DNA of 39,465 bases from Gammaproteobacteria bacterium (GTDB taxonomy: Bacteria > Pseudomonadota > Gammaproteobacteria > GCA-001735895). The notes beneath the pieces are model-generated. The model did not search any database, was not told where the DNA came from, and worked only from the letters and a program-made list of their open reading frames with translations. Below, piece by piece: positions 39,325 to 39,465 of the stretch. Positions within the stretch are counted from its first letter, which is position 1, and the number at the start of each line of letters is the position of its first letter. The stretch spans positions 1 through 39,465 of the forward strand of contig JBNKUM010000063.1 of the NCBI GenBank assembly GCA_050298595.1, written 5' to 3'. The translations under genes were made by a program, and so were the position numbers.

Positions 39325-39358
39325 AAAAAAGCCTCGATATCAGTTGATATCGAGGCTT
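39325..39358 (-). terminator. rRNA operon terminator (possibly bidirectional)
   Basis: AAAAAAGCCTCGATATCA-GT-TGATATCGAGGCTT, directly 3' of the 5S gene with the U-tract on the minus strand. Confidence 0.85.
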
Positions 39359-39367
39359 CGGTATTAA

Positions 39368-39465
39368 TGCCTGGCAATGACCTACTTTCACATGGGGAGA
39401 CCCCACACTATCATCGGCGCAGTACCATTTCACTTCTGAGTTCGGGATGGGATCAGGTGGGTCTA
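39368..39465 (-). rRNA. rrf: 5S rRNA (5' end cut by the window edge)
   Basis: Reverse complement has CCACCTGATCCCATCCCGAACTCAGAAGTGAAA...GCCGATGATAGTGTGGGGTCTCCCCATGTGAAAGTAGGTCATTGCCAGGCA. Confidence 0.97.

Noticed and set aside
36605-39358. Shared AAAAAAGCCTCGA...TCGAGGCTT arms at 36605 and 39325 as mobile-element ends
   Set aside because: Both are ordinary intrinsic terminators with different loops, and they flank housekeeping genes.

Overview
A 39.5-kb chromosomal window from a gammaproteobacterium, probably a sulfur oxidizer; that assignment is inferred from one sulfur-globule-like protein gene. The window starts inside a polyamine-type ABC transporter operon and ends inside a 5S rRNA gene. 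In order it holds: (1) a potA/D/B/C-like ABC operon plus a membrane-anchored ClpP/crotonase-like gene; (2) a ~7.7-kb module in which a HAMP histidine kinase and an NtrC-family response regulator sit divergently from Sel1-repeat, SulP and ClC genes, with a sigma-54 promoter and IHF-like site in between and a diverged direct repeat on both sides, suggesting insertion as a unit; (3) HD-GYP, DegV, NrfJ-like/TlpA fusion and oxidoreductase genes, a LysR pseudogene, an MMPL transporter and DUF1840; (4) an accessory zone downstream of tRNA-Thr(UGU) with a lipoprotein subtilase carrying 17 PTPQ repeats, ISL3 and IS6 relics, and a ~920-aa multidomain secreted glycan-related protein; (5) a coupled hypothetical-M61-birA-coaX-SPOR operon, an unannotated 54-aa ORF behind a Pho-box-like repeat, a nitroreductase, a sulfur-globule-like protein, glnS, an LpxL-type acyltransferase and 5S rRNA. 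The best candidate for an undescribed system is the sigma-54 two-component/Sel1/SulP/ClC module. All family calls come from motif recognition; no database searches were run.
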